DNA of 64,000 nucleotides, taken from positions 496,001 to 560,000 of the forward strand of contig CP120456.1 in assembly GCA_034226945.1 (NCBI GenBank). Reading direction: 5' to 3'. Below are positions 47,421-58,984 of the stretch, one piece after another. The position numbers were made by a program, and so were the translations under genes. This DNA comes from Picochlorum sp. SENEW3. Taxonomy: Eukaryota. The notes beneath the pieces are model-generated. The model worked only from the letters and a program-made list of their open reading frames with translations, had not been told where the DNA came from and did no database searches. Numbering within the stretch: position 1 is the stretch's first letter; every line of letters starts with the position of its first letter.

Positions 47421-48488
47421 ATGTTTCGATCCTCTATAGCTCGCCTTGGAAAGAATTCTTTTTCACAAATTGAAAGAGCCGTCTGCGATATCGGATCACC
47501 GTCCAGTATGAGTACGGTTTCGGTCGTGACAGCCCAAGCCAGGAATGGGTTGAGCAGAAAAGGTGGTCTCACACCCACGCGGTTGTGCATGATGCGATAC
47601 ACAAAACCCAGAGAGGCTGGATGCTGTAGTTTTGTTTCATTGTATTATTCAGGACATGGCATGCAGATTCCTGCCGGAGCAACATTTGGAAGAATGCCAC
47701 CTCGAGATGTCAGGGGTTTCAATGATGCCAATGGTGGTGGGAGTACTGGAGGTGGAGGTGGAGGTGGTGGTGGCAAGGGTGATGGCGAAGATGAATCTTC
47801 TGGCAAAGGATTTTTCGGGATGCTCTGGGTCATGTATCTGGCATCCCTGAATAAGAATCCAGTACGTTGGTGCCTTGTGCTTTGTCATGTGTATATGATT
47901 GAAATAATGTATTGATGCGTGTTTACGCGTGCAGGTGAGTACAAAGGCATTGACATCTGGATTTTTGAATGCTTTTGGAGATGTTCTTGCTCAGTTTGCG
48001 TTTAATGAAGAGGGGCAAGCATTTGACTGGAAGAGGCTCGGTATTTTCACCTTTTTGGTACGATTTTGCCACATGTCAGTGCATGCATGTATCAATACAT
48101 ATGATGATCAGACGCATATTGGTTTTTATTACAGGGTGTCGCATTTATCGGACCATCTCTGCATGTATGGTATGGATTGATCTCAAGGCTCTTCTCCAAT
48201 CCTGGCACAGCAAGCGCTCTGAGCCGCCTCGTCTTGGACCAAGTCTTCTTTGCTCCAATCTTCATTGGCGGTATCGTGTCTGCAGTCATGTTTTTGGAAG
48301 GTCAGGGGCATAATGTGCAAGCTAAACTCAAGTCAGATTTGTTTACGATTGTCAAATCGAATTGGGTCCTGTGGGTCCCATTTCAGTTTATCAACTTTAG
48401 GTTTGTTCCACAGCATTTGCAAGTTTTGGCATCAAACGTGGTTGCTCTTGGCTGGAACACATATGTGTCATGGATGAGTCATAAATAA
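47421..48488 (+). CDS. Mpv17/PMP22-family membrane protein, multi-exon
   Basis: NPVSTKALTS..GDVLAQ, LDQVFFAP, NWVLWVPFQFINFRFVP. Gly-rich linker after a transit-like N-terminus. Start uncertain. Confidence 0.85.
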
Positions 48489-48577
48489 TCATAAAAATAT
48501 CGGTTGATTGAATGTAACGACGAGATTTCGCTAGGGTTTTCTGACAACTGGGACGAGCTCATTGACGTTGCGTCGAA

Positions 48578-49669
48578 ATGGCGGCACCATTGTCTAGGCG
48601 AATGCATTCGGGGAGAATGGTCTCTATTGAAATATATAAGAAATATGAAGCTGGTCCATTGAGGTCCAGAGTGGCCCAGATGCCTGTGGGGAGAAGAGCA
48701 GTCCAAGGACTGACGGCACGAAAGCTGCTGCCACGACACCAAGCTGCTCCTACCGATTCTGAAGAATCGGTGGAGGATCTATGGCAATATGAAGACCGAA
48801 AGTCATGGTATGAGGCCAAGTTTGCCGCAGATGATCAGCCGGACTGGCAACCAGCGACATTTGTGTCCTCTGTGGAGATTGGTCCTTCCATCAAGCTGGT
48901 GACATTCGATATTGAATCCAGTCGAGAGCTTGTTCCCCTTCGGAACGCATACAAGCATATTGGACAGTATGCAAGTATTCGGGTGAATGGTGGTGAGGAG
49001 ATTCACGTGCCGCCCAGCAGCCCTCCTCTTTCTCCAGAGGCAATTCGAACATCTCTCTTGCGTGTGCGCAATGATTTACCTGCAGGAGACCAAAAGCTAC
49101 AAACTGACCCGATCAGCGAAAGACAACGAATCACACTCGTTGTGACTCTAGAAGGAGCTCCAGAGTTGTACAAGAGTACTATATCTGATTTATTCGAGGT
49201 TGGGCCCTTTCAAGGCACTGGGTTGGATTTGCTGAAAATTCAAGCAATATTCAGGTATCCAACAATCGTTATCTTTGTCGATAATGCTGGAATTGCGACA
49301 GCTCGATCATTGATTACATCAAAAACAAGTGGGTTGCACACACATATGAGAAGCAATGTTCACGTGTATTATAGAGCGCCAAACAAAGCATCCACATGCT
49401 TTGCTGATGAATTTGAGTCCTGGGCTGAGGAGTACGGTGTGAGCGTCATGGTTTCTACTCGAGATACATTCCACGAGATGTTTGATGACGATGATACTCT
49501 CGTCTATGACCCAGAAGGAACAGCAGCAATCATTTTGACCGGAAACGATGCAAATGAGATGGAAGAGGAAGCATTGGAAGCATGTAAAGCTGCTGAGATT
49601 GAGACAGTAGTCAGACAAACAGTACCTCGAGAAGCTACAACATATCTTTCCAGTATATCTCTCATGTAA
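48578..49669 (+). CDS. FNR-like FAD/NAD-binding oxidoreductase (pKIWI502-like)
   Basis: YKHIGQY, EVGPFQGTG, GIATARSLI and a transit-like N-terminus. Confidence 0.65.
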   Translation: MAAPLSRRMHSGRMVSIEIYKKYEAGPLRSRVAQMPVGRRAVQGLTARKLLPRHQAAPTDSEESVEDLWQYEDRKSWYEAKFAADDQPDWQPATFVSSVEIGPSIKLVTFDIESSRELVPLRNAYKHIGQYASIRVNGGEEIHVPPSSPPLSPEAIRTSLLRVRNDLPAGDQKLQTDPISERQRITLVVTLEGAPELYKSTISDLFEVGPFQGTGLDLLKIQAIFRYPTIVIFVDNAGIATARSLITSKTSGLHTHMRSNVHVYYRAPNKASTCFADEFESWAEEYGVSVMVSTRDTFHEMFDDDDTLVYDPEGTAAIILTGNDANEMEEEALEACKAAEIETVVRQTVPREATTYLSSISLM

Positions 49670-49830
49670 ACACTGATTTGCCGCTCTTCATGTCATGAGT
49701 ATCATGAGGATAATCATGCACCATCATGGGACTTGCCAAAAAAGAAAAATCAGTCTTCTTCCTGAAGAAGAGAGAGCAAGAGAAGTCTCAATGAGAATTA
49801 CAATACTACAAAGACTATAATCAATTACTA

Positions 49831-50988
49831 TTAATACCCTCCATCAAACTCTGCATCTTCCAATTCCGGAAGAGGAAACCGCAGAATCGCAGCTATACCA
49901 GACAGCTGATTCAACTGCTCACCTGACGTATGCGCGCCCGAGAAAATAAACGCCTCTCCCCCACCATGCCTCACATCATCTACTAATTGCGTATACTTTG
50001 TCCTTACTATCGGATCTGCCGTTCTAAATAAGGAATCAGACAACAACAACGACTGAATAGCACCCAGCTCATGCGCTGCCAACACATGTCCAGGTCCATA
50101 AAACGCCCTTGCTGGATCCGCCCCCATCATATGCATGAATTCCCCAAGCTTTTGTACTTCTTTCGCTGCTTTCGTATCTTTTATTCGACTCGACACCTCC
50201 GGCGATGCCAAAACTTCCTTGATAGCATGCTTGTATGGAGACGATGCATGCGCTATAATCATCTTGGGTCTATTCAGCAACAAACTCTTCTCCTGCTGCC
50301 GCTGAGCCTCTGCATCAATATACCCCAGCAATGACTCTTTCACAAACCCAGGTCCGGCAATCACGAGACATTTAATCACATCCCAATCAATATGCTTGAC
50401 AATCGATGCATAAATACGATTATAAAAATTAGTCATAGCCTTATCATACCCCGCCAACGCTGCCCCTCTCTTCTTCGGAATACTTGCTTCGATTTTAGAC
50501 TTGACTACAGTACAACTCGCTCCAACCAAGCACACTATTGCATACCCTTCCGTCACCATGACAACTGCCACGTCAGCAGATGCACCAGGATCCGTACTCT
50601 GCTTCACCCTGTCCACATCCAACGCATCCCACGCCTCTTTCGTCAACGTCAACGCCCTATGCGGCTCCAACTCCAGTGTATGATACGCTCCTAGTTTCAC
50701 ATGTTCATTCTCCGTCAGATTCTTTCCCTTGAGACGAATTTCCTGACCCTCACCATCATAATCAATATCCTCCACCCCCAACGTCAGCGTTATTCGTATC
50801 TTTTCCGTCTCTGTACTCGTCCCTCTATCCCTTGTAACTTTTCTATATGTATTCGCAGTCACACGATCCCCTGTACGAATCAGATTATACAGCTGCCACA
50901 TGTCTTCAGAATCCTCCGGTATTAATTTCACACTCCCTTCTCCACCGACCTCCAATGTCGGCGTTTTCTTCGATGAAACCAGTTTCAT
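49831..50988 (-). CDS. PELO: Pelota/Dom34 ribosome rescue factor
   Basis: EDMWQLYNLI, VKLGAYHTLEL, AGPGF, HTSGEQLNQLSGIAAILRFP. Confidence 0.96.
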   Translation of the reverse strand: MKLVSSKKTPTLEVGGEGSVKLIPEDSEDMWQLYNLIRTGDRVTANTYRKVTRDRGTSTETEKIRITLTLGVEDIDYDGEGQEIRLKGKNLTENEHVKLGAYHTLELEPHRALTLTKEAWDALDVDRVKQSTDPGASADVAVVMVTEGYAIVCLVGASCTVVKSKIEASIPKKRGAALAGYDKAMTNFYNRIYASIVKHIDWDVIKCLVIAGPGFVKESLLGYIDAEAQRQQEKSLLLNRPKMIIAHASSPYKHAIKEVLASPEVSSRIKDTKAAKEVQKLGEFMHMMGADPARAFYGPGHVLAAHELGAIQSLLLSDSLFRTADPIVRTKYTQLVDDVRHGGGEAFIFSGAHTSGEQLNQLSGIAAILRFPLPELEDAEFDGGY

Positions 50989-51221
50989 GCTATATGAAAG
51001 TCTTCTTAATATGCTCAGATGCGCAGCATGGACAATTCTGTGTCACTATTTGCACCGCATGCCCTGTGGTATCCAGCTACGTCCAAAAAAACAACCTTTA
51101 ATTTACAAATGTAACAATTACAACCGAATATATGACATATTATTCGGGTACTATTTTTAATTCAAAATTAATCCATTGCTGTGGGGTGGTACATCAAAGA
51201 TGCCCTTGGCTTCACATCACT

Positions 51222-51271
51222 TGATGTACATCACATGCATGTGATCGATCACATATGTGATCCAAATTGGA
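51222..51271. repeat. Interlocking palindrome chain (alternately inverted ATCACAT units)
   Basis: TGATGTACATCA (51222), ATCACATGCATGTGAT (51230), ATGTGATCGATCACAT (51239), GATCACATATGTGATC (51247). Confidence 0.95.
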
Positions 51272-51314
51272 CCAATTGTGGTAAAAACATCAGAAGAACT
51301 TTACCACAATTGCT

Positions 51315-52487
51315 TTATGAATCATGATCATGGGTGGTTGGCATTTTGTTTCTTGAACATCTTGAAGACAGTCGTTCAATATACTCTGGTCCAATACCAC
51401 AACATCCACCCAAGATTGTAACATGATACTGCTCCACCCATTCCATACAAAGCTGAACAAATGCCTCTTCATCCAAATCCTGACGCATTGCCTGAGGCTC
51501 GGGATTCGATGCAAGCTCCCATGTGTCACTAATTTCTGTCAATCTATTCGGATAAGCTCCCAACGCCACACCCATATCATCCATCATACCCCGTATGGAT
51601 CCCATATCACGCAACGCCAATGTAACATCTTCTGGACGGGAGCAGTTAAACAGTATCCCACACAGCTGTATTCCCCATGCCCGCGCCTTTTCTAATATCT
51701 TTGCTGATGCTTCAGACGCAGTCTCTCCACTCCGTACACATCCTCCTCTTTTGACGCACATGGACACATATACCGGCTTTGTTGTCTTCCCACCAGTCTG
51801 TTCTTCTTCCTTCTTCTGATAATACGAGTCATGGATGGCATGCAATGCCATGATGACTTCGTCAGAACTCGACAACGTCTCCGCCAACCACCCATCCACA
51901 TACTCATCCATCACATCCACAATGCATTCCTTGTACACCCTGCGCCCTTCATCATGCCCCATCACCTTATCAGGACGATAACTCTCCACCAACGGCGGCA
52001 AACTCCCCAACACCTCTCTCTCCACACCATACACATCAGCAAACGTAGAAACAGCATCCCGCGCAATCCGTCCAGCAATCTGATTCAACTCTTTGATTGA
52101 ATCCTCTGAAAACCCAACCCCAGGTGTGATGCCGAAATTGTTGCACGTCACATACATACTCCCAGCCTTTAAAAAAGACAGATGAACCTGCTTCAATGCC
52201 TCATGATATCGCTCCTCCTTCACCGCGATCGCAGACCAAATCATTCGATCGTCAGGAACTCGCCAGTTTTTTGAAAACAACTCCTCGCCAGTTCCGCCGT
52301 CTAAGATCCGAATATGCTGAGCAGCATTCATTGCCCCCAATGATGATACCCCACAACAACGACTAGACGAGGAAGAAAAAAGCGAAGAAGAAGACGGCAA
52401 CACGCCGAGGCGAGTACGTGCTTGGTACAACCCCAACACAATCCCACAACGACCTCTCTTCTCCCCCACTAAAAACCGAGAAATCAT
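51315..52487 (-). CDS. Homocysteine S-methyltransferase family protein
   Basis: ILDGGTGEEL, GSLPP, LAETLS, LFNCS, GAYPN and Zn-ligand motif GGCCGIGP. Start is 52487 (with a Ser-rich extension) or 52331. Confidence 0.92.
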   Translation of the reverse strand: MISRFLVGEKRGRCGIVLGLYQARTRLGVLPSSSSLFSSSSSRCCGVSSLGAMNAAQHIRILDGGTGEELFSKNWRVPDDRMIWSAIAVKEERYHEALKQVHLSFLKAGSMYVTCNNFGITPGVGFSEDSIKELNQIAGRIARDAVSTFADVYGVEREVLGSLPPLVESYRPDKVMGHDEGRRVYKECIVDVMDEYVDGWLAETLSSSDEVIMALHAIHDSYYQKKEEEQTGGKTTKPVYVSMCVKRGGCVRSGETASEASAKILEKARAWGIQLCGILFNCSRPEDVTLALRDMGSIRGMMDDMGVALGAYPNRLTEISDTWELASNPEPQAMRQDLDEEAFVQLCMEWVEQYHVTILGGCCGIGPEYIERLSSRCSRNKMPTTHDHDS

Positions 52488-52490
52488 ATA

Positions 52491-52985
52491 TTATTGTCGA
52501 AATACATCTGGTATATCAGCCCAGGTATACCCTTCGACACCCTTGTACGCGTAATACGCAATCCGAGAAACATACACCCCCGGAATAAGAACCAATATCC
52601 CACACACCCACACACCAATCAAAGCAGACATCCCCTCTGTCTGCCATAACACCAACCCTGCAATCAGCATGGACACACCCAAAAGCATGAGTCCTATCGC
52701 AGAGAGCACAGGAGCCCTTGCCGATGCAGGAATCCTGGTGGTGTACCATGACCACCACCTCGAGGTGGTGGTTCCATCATCATCAGGCATTGTCATCTCT
52801 CTTCTCACAGGAGTCGTCCCATTCAGGTATCTATTCTTTTTTACAGTGGTATTCCGGCGTACTATAGTGTCTGAAAGAGTCGAGGACCTCCAGTCACTCT
52901 GAAACGCCTTCTCTTCGTTTGTGTCTTCTCGGGTCGTATTCTTCTTCTCTTCCTCTTGTTGTTGATCAGGTATGAATGCTGACAT
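52491..52985 (-). CDS. TMEM230: TMEM230/UPF0414-like small membrane protein
   Basis: Two TM helices followed by LIPGVY..RIAYYAYKGVEGY...DIPD. Confidence 0.8.
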   Translation of the reverse strand: MSAFIPDQQQEEEKKNTTREDTNEEKAFQSDWRSSTLSDTIVRRNTTVKKNRYLNGTTPVRREMTMPDDDGTTTSRWWSWYTTRIPASARAPVLSAIGLMLLGVSMLIAGLVLWQTEGMSALIGVWVCGILVLIPGVYVSRIAYYAYKGVEGYTWADIPDVFRQ

Positions 52986-53366
52986 GGGTCAACAAAATGT
53001 CATAATACTAGTAAAATTTTTTTATAGTAGTGTCGGGATAGTGAATATATTACCAAGCCTACACCTTGACGTCTCTGCATGGTCATATGACCATCCCAAA
53101 GGGATGATCATCACGATGAACCAAGGCTTGCAATATATATTGGTTATATTATTACACAAACTCTTAAGGGTTTGATGCATCTATGCTAGGTTCTGGAGCT
53201 CCATCCATGACATTTTTTTTTTAATCAGCAATTGCTCAGGGCCCATACCCTTCTTCAAGGGCTTCTTCACGGTCCATTCTGTTTTTGTTGTGCCAAGAAC
53301 AAACTTTTCTTTCTGATTCATCCTGTGCAGTTTGCAGATTGGTAATGTTCAACTATACTACTACTA

Positions 53367-53957
53367 CTATGTGTCATGTCGGGCCTGATCTACCGAGGTG
53401 CTTGCATCATCATTACTGTGACACACGCTCACCTTGTCAGGACAATCATAGTCGGCTTGCGGCTTCTTCTCTCGCAAGAATTTCGCTTCAACGGCACAGT
53501 TCTCGATCGTATATCGCTCAACTTCACCCAAACTTTTGGGTTGTCTCACTCGCACGGCGATGGTATTGTCGGGAAGCAAACCCTCTTCTCGACACTGCTT
53601 GAAAACCCACAGTCGGCGATTATTCAATGAGAAATACCACGGACCCTTGCCATCATTTTCATCAGGACCGACAAGAACCTGCAGCACATTGTAGTTAATT
53701 TCATGTTAACGCAATGGATTTGCCCTGAGCAATTGCAACCATACCTGTATGGGTGGCAAGTCACTGGGTGATACCTCCCCCCGTCGTATAGAGTCGAGCG
53801 TTGACGCCACACTCCTCCCACAACCGCTGAAATATGGTCGTATCTTGGAATGCTGGAACCGAATCCTCCTTGGATCCACGTGTTTCAAGTCGTTTTTGTT
53901 GTTTGTAGAGGAAGCTCGCCCCCCAATCTTGTTGCTCTTCTTCTGATTTTTCTTCAT
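53367..53957 (-). CDS. Small conserved hypothetical protein, ParB/Srx-like motif pattern (2 exons)
   Basis: Intron 53744-53679 joins DPRRIRFQHSKIRPYF...LPPIQV to YFSLNNRRLWVFK. Confidence 0.7.
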
Positions 53958-54387
53958 CTCATTGCTACCTTACCTTTGGTACATTTTTTTCCTGTTTACA
54001 TCGGATAGGGATCGATGAACATTGAAACAAACAAATGTGTTTACGAGTTTATGTACATGGTCTGCACATCATGTGCATTGTTGCAATTAGTAATACCACT
54101 CAGTTGACGATGCGCGTATTTCTTTCTTGACATCCGACAGTTCTAAAGTTTAAAAAAAGCTCATGTTCCTCTCCAAAACTGCATCGCATATATAAGCGAA
54201 GGGTGAGACACTTTGATTTCTCAAAAAAGGCATCTACCCAATGGGCGTCCGCGCCCAGTACTGGGCCAGATCTGGCATCTAGATGCAATCCAATTGCATC
54301 TATACTGCCTTGCATATAAATATAGTACTTGTATATACATTATATCGATGGTTGAGTCATGTCTGATACGGATAGAAACACATAGAC

Positions 54388-56838
54388 ATGGCTGAACAGA
54401 GCACAACCGTTCTGGTATCGTGCACTCCTCTGGCTGATGGACAGAACCGCGGCCAGAGTTGTCTGTTGGAAATAGCAGGAAAAGATGGTGGAACGATTCG
54501 ATTGCTTTTGGATTGTGGATGGACAGCGCCGTATGATGTTCATGTGTTGGAAGAGCGGTATGGAGATGTATACACGGAGGGGGGAGAGGGTCGTCGGATT
54601 GATGGGATTCTAATATCTCACCCTGATCAGGAGCATATGGGTGGACTGGCGTATCTGATTCATAAGAAGAAGTGGCAGGTGCCAGTGTATGTGACTGGGG
54701 CTGGGCATAAGATGGGTCAAATGGTGGCGTATGATGCGTATTTGAATGCGTATCAGTCGAGTGCAAGGGTGACGCCTTTTGATTTGGATGATGTGGATGC
54801 TGCGTTTCGGGAGATGACGCAGCTGCGGTACAGACAGGAGGTGTCTCTGTGTGAGGATAGAGTGCATGTGACACCATACCCTGCGGGGAGGCTTGTTGGT
54901 GGGGCGATATGGAAGATTCATGTGGGAGAGCATGATATAGTGTATGCAGTGGATTATAATCATAAAAGGGAGCTGCATTTGATGGGGAGTGCGATGATGG
55001 ATGTGTCGTCAATGCTGACTGTGTCGTGTACAAGGCCAGCCATGCTGATTACGGATGCATGCAGTGTGGATAGGGTTCCGGTTCCGGTTCAGTATTCGAA
55101 GAATCAGCAAGAGTTGATTAATTTATGCATGACGTGTTTGCGGTCTGAGGGGAATGTGTTGATTCCTGTGGATGCGGCTGGGAGGGTGCTGGAGATTTTG
55201 TTGCTGCTGAATACGTATTGGCGGGAGAAGAATTTGACCTATCCGTTGGCTGCGGTAGGGCCTATGATTCATACAACGTTAGAGTTTGCTCGTAGTCAAT
55301 TGGAATGGATGAATGAGGAATTGACAAAGGGGTTGGGGCATAGTAGGATGGACAACCCTTTGGCGCTCAAGTGTGTGACACCGTGTGCGTCGATAAAGGA
55401 GGTGAAGCAGCTTTCTAGAGGCCCGAAAGTGGTGCTGGCGACGACGAATTCTATGGATGATGGTGCATCGCGGACGCTGTTTAGTTGGTGGGCGTCGCAG
55501 AGGAATTCGGCTATTGTGATTGCGCTGGATCCAGAGAAGGGGACATTTGCTGATGAGGTGTTGCGGGCTTCAAGAGCACCGCGTGGGGCGCCTCCTGCGG
55601 TGTTGCGTATGTCGGTGTGCAAGCGTGTTCCATTGAAGGGTGAAGAGTTGGAGGAATATAAGAAGCAACAGGCATCAAAGGAGGATGCAGAGCAGATGGA
55701 TGTGCCCATGGAGGAGGTGGAGGAGGAGGAGGAGGAGGCTGGTGATGATAATGCCAAGAAGAATACGAGAGAGAGGAAGAGTTTGCATACACCACAAGCT
55801 CCTACTCGAGAAAGCGTTACAGTGATAGATCACGCTGCTCGGGATGGTGCGGAAGTTGGGCATGTGGATGCGTTTCCTGCCATGCCAGGTGATGAAGATG
55901 ATGATTTGCATGGGGATGACAATGTGTGCCTCGTTGAAGGATTTGAAGTCCCCATTGGTGTTGCGGCTCCCATGTTTCCGGATGAGGATGAGATGGAAAA
56001 GATTGAATATGATGATTATGGAGCTGTTGTCAATCTTGAGGATTTCGATAAAGACACCTCTGGTGGTGGTGTATTGAGCAGAGCACTTGCGTCAGAGGCT
56101 GCAGCAGAGCGATATGCGGTGGAAGAAGGAGACGAAATGGATGATATAGTGGAACCAGAAGTTCCAACCAAGATTGAGTCGAAAGATGTGGCAATTCAGT
56201 TGCTTGCTCAAGTCGTCCGATTGGACTTTGATGGTAGATCAGATGGTGCCAGTGTGCAAACAATGCTGTCCAAAATAGCTCCCAGGACGTGTGTGATTGT
56301 ACATGGATCTGAGACGGCGACATCGAAATTAGCTTCTAGTTTGGTTAAGGATTTAGAAGGGTTGAATGCTCATGTTTTTGCTCCACACAAGGGTGAATCA
56401 ATTAGCATCGATTTGGGCCCAGCTCGATCATCAATCATGTCAGATAGCCTTTATAAATCGATACAGATGCACCCCATGCTTGATGTGGATCTCGGATGGG
56501 TGGATGCAGAGATGAAATTTGAATCGCGGGCTGCCGATGTGGATGGAAGCGATGAAGGAAAAGGCGAGTACTCTATTGTTCTTGAGGAGCGACAAGGGAA
56601 TACGAATGATTCTGGCCACGGAGGCGTATTCATCGGTGATGTCAAGCTCTCGCAATTGAAGAGAGCGCTCGCGAGGATTAATATTGGGTCTGAATTCCAT
56701 GCGGGAGGATTGTACTGTGAAGGAGATGTGCTCGTGAAGAGACAGCCAGAGGGTGGAGGCTTGGTTATTGAGGGCTCATTGTGTGATGAGTACTTTAGAA
56801 TTAGAGATATTGTGTATTCCCAGTATCATATATGCTGA
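54388..56838 (+). CDS. CPSF100: Cleavage and polyadenylation specificity factor subunit 2
   Basis: LLLDCGW, HMGGLAY, YAVDYNHKRELHL, LIPVDAAGRVLE, DFDGRSDG, FIGDVKLS. Confidence 0.93.
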   Translation: MAEQSTTVLVSCTPLADGQNRGQSCLLEIAGKDGGTIRLLLDCGWTAPYDVHVLEERYGDVYTEGGEGRRIDGILISHPDQEHMGGLAYLIHKKKWQVPVYVTGAGHKMGQMVAYDAYLNAYQSSARVTPFDLDDVDAAFREMTQLRYRQEVSLCEDRVHVTPYPAGRLVGGAIWKIHVGEHDIVYAVDYNHKRELHLMGSAMMDVSSMLTVSCTRPAMLITDACSVDRVPVPVQYSKNQQELINLCMTCLRSEGNVLIPVDAAGRVLEILLLLNTYWREKNLTYPLAAVGPMIHTTLEFARSQLEWMNEELTKGLGHSRMDNPLALKCVTPCASIKEVKQLSRGPKVVLATTNSMDDGASRTLFSWWASQRNSAIVIALDPEKGTFADEVLRASRAPRGAPPAVLRMSVCKRVPLKGEELEEYKKQQASKEDAEQMDVPMEEVEEEEEEAGDDNAKKNTRERKSLHTPQAPTRESVTVIDHAARDGAEVGHVDAFPAMPGDEDDDLHGDDNVCLVEGFEVPIGVAAPMFPDEDEMEKIEYDDYGAVVNLEDFDKDTSGGGVLSRALASEAAAERYAVEEGDEMDDIVEPEVPTKIESKDVAIQLLAQVVRLDFDGRSDGASVQTMLSKIAPRTCVIVHGSETATSKLASSLVKDLEGLNAHVFAPHKGESISIDLGPARSSIMSDSLYKSIQMHPMLDVDLGWVDAEMKFESRAADVDGSDEGKGEYSIVLEERQGNTNDSGHGGVFIGDVKLSQLKRALARINIGSEFHAGGLYCEGDVLVKRQPEGGGLVIEGSLCDEYFRIRDIVYSQYHIC

Positions 56839-56878
56839 TTTATTTGTATTTATTTCCTTGTCAGTATGTATCAACAAG

Positions 56879-58984
56879 TCATGCAAACATGGAGGTCAAG
56901 GTGAGTGATGGCTGGGCCAAGAGAGAGGAGCCGCCTAGCACAATTTGAGGCATCTTCTTTTCCTGTGCATGATACTCCGCCACCATATGGTCACAATATG
57001 ACCTTACGTGGGATATCTCATGAGGAGTTATTCCACCGAGGACAAACAGTACCACTGTCTCGTACTCTCCCGGATGATGATGTTGCAACCCTATTCTTCC
57101 TAGCCCGGATTTCAAAAGTCCTGCGATCGAGGTACCAATATGTTTCATGCTTGGCACATGTCTTCCTGACATGACATCGTCTAGGAGCCTCAAGATGAGA
57201 GAGTTCTCACGTGGTCCTCTCTCTTGTGCGTTCAGGTCGTACTGAGCAGGTAAACTACATATTGTACTGATGACTTTTTGAGAGACTCCTTGTAAAAGAG
57301 TCTGCAGTTCGTCACCTTCCTCAGCACTCTCGACAATTTGATTGATGAGATCATTCGACAACCAAGGGAGTTCCTTCTTGATCTTTTGAGATACATTGTC
57401 ACAATTCTGTTTCCACCGAAGAATACACTCTGCAGACGACTCTGAGAGGGCTTCCCCCAGGATACTCTGCTGTGCTGCTGACAACACATCACTTTGTTGA
57501 ACAGAGTAGTACGACGGGTTCGTTTTAATCCAATAACAACCAATTATCAGGTGCTGCATGGATGCAAAAATACCATGTGGAGGGGGAGCTCCTCTGCCCG
57601 CTGCCATCAGTTCGTCCCTGATCAAGGCCACAAGCCCATCTGGACCGTCTTCAGCACTGAGCTTTGCCACTTCTTCTGCCTTCTGCAATTCGACCCAATT
57701 TCCCTGCGCATCACTAGTTTCCGTGAGGCATGCACATGCAATCTCTGCAATCTGAAGAATAGAAGCATGCTTTAAGCTCGCATCAGGATCCTGGTAAAGG
57801 ACTGCAGATAAAGCCTGTAAATCCTCTGCAGAAACAGCTCCAGGTCTCATTCTACCTGAGAATTTGAGTTTTGACTCGCGTATAGCTTCTTTCAGCCACT
57901 TTCTAATAAATAATAAAGCTTCTTTGTGCGTTTTAGACATCAAAAAGTCAAGGTACGATTGTGATGATGGATCACTGGGATGGAACAGTGATGGACAGAC
58001 ATCAGAGGATGTTTCCAGGCAGGTTTTGGACTGAGACAACATCCTATGTATAAAATAGTCTGAATATTCGCTAGCTGTAGCTGTATCCAAAGATCTATCT
58101 ACAATGACGAAGGCCGCCCTTCTTCCATGAGAACTATCATGGGCTGGGATAAACGACATGGCCCTACCAACACTCTCAGCAAGGGGACCCACACAAAAGG
58201 CCTCCGGCTGCACATCTAAAATCCTAGATACAGATGCCAAAGAGTGAGCATTGACAGTCACTTTGACATGGACATCATCATCCGTATTATCGCTGTATTC
58301 ATCTACCAGAAACGAAGCTGCACCATCTCTTGGAAACACAAACGCATGACTCCCAACCATCATGCAGGGAATATCCACGAATTTCACACGCACAACAAGA
58401 TCCTCTTGCACAGACTGTCCAATATTCTGACACGCCTCAATCACATTGACGAGAATGTTGCGTTCGATGTCACCAAAACAATGCTCACCATACTCCCTGG
58501 GGCATGCTTCATGGTGAGCTGCTTCTGATATGTTCGAAATCACCGTGACATGCTTTGTATAGGGTGACACCACTCGAGCCACCTCGACAATATATCGCAT
58601 CACGTTTTTTAATACATTCGAGCAGCACACGACAACCTGACCAAATGACCCATGCCCAACAGCTGCTAGGGTGGGAATGGCCACCTCCTTCTCAGTATCC
58701 TCGAGCGCCACCACTCCCACAGCACCAAAATCTGCAACCCGTGAATCACACCATCATCGACAGACACACAGAAGGGACACACACATATCGGGAAAAGTAG
58801 ACGCACCAAGCAAGGCCTGCATACCAACACTAGCTTCCAACAACTCCCCAAAACCACGATCCACTACCAACAAGGTGCCCTCTGACAGCTCCCTCCCAAT
58901 TCTTAAAATCACATCATCAAATTCCATCCCAGAAGAGACGCCATCAGCGCTATTCATCGTTCTGAAGAGGTTGTCAGACCACAA
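56879..58984 (-). CDS. Sec1-family domain-containing protein (SCFD2/MIP3-like)
   Basis: VIVDRSLD, VLFVLGGIT..E, IVLGGS. Short intron near 58790-58733. The 5' end is uncertain (possible tiny exon from ATG 59036). Confidence 0.75.

Noticed and set aside
54221..55033. 270-aa His/Pro-rich minus-strand ORF
   Set aside because: It is antisense to CPSF100, and its composition reflects the G-rich sense strand.
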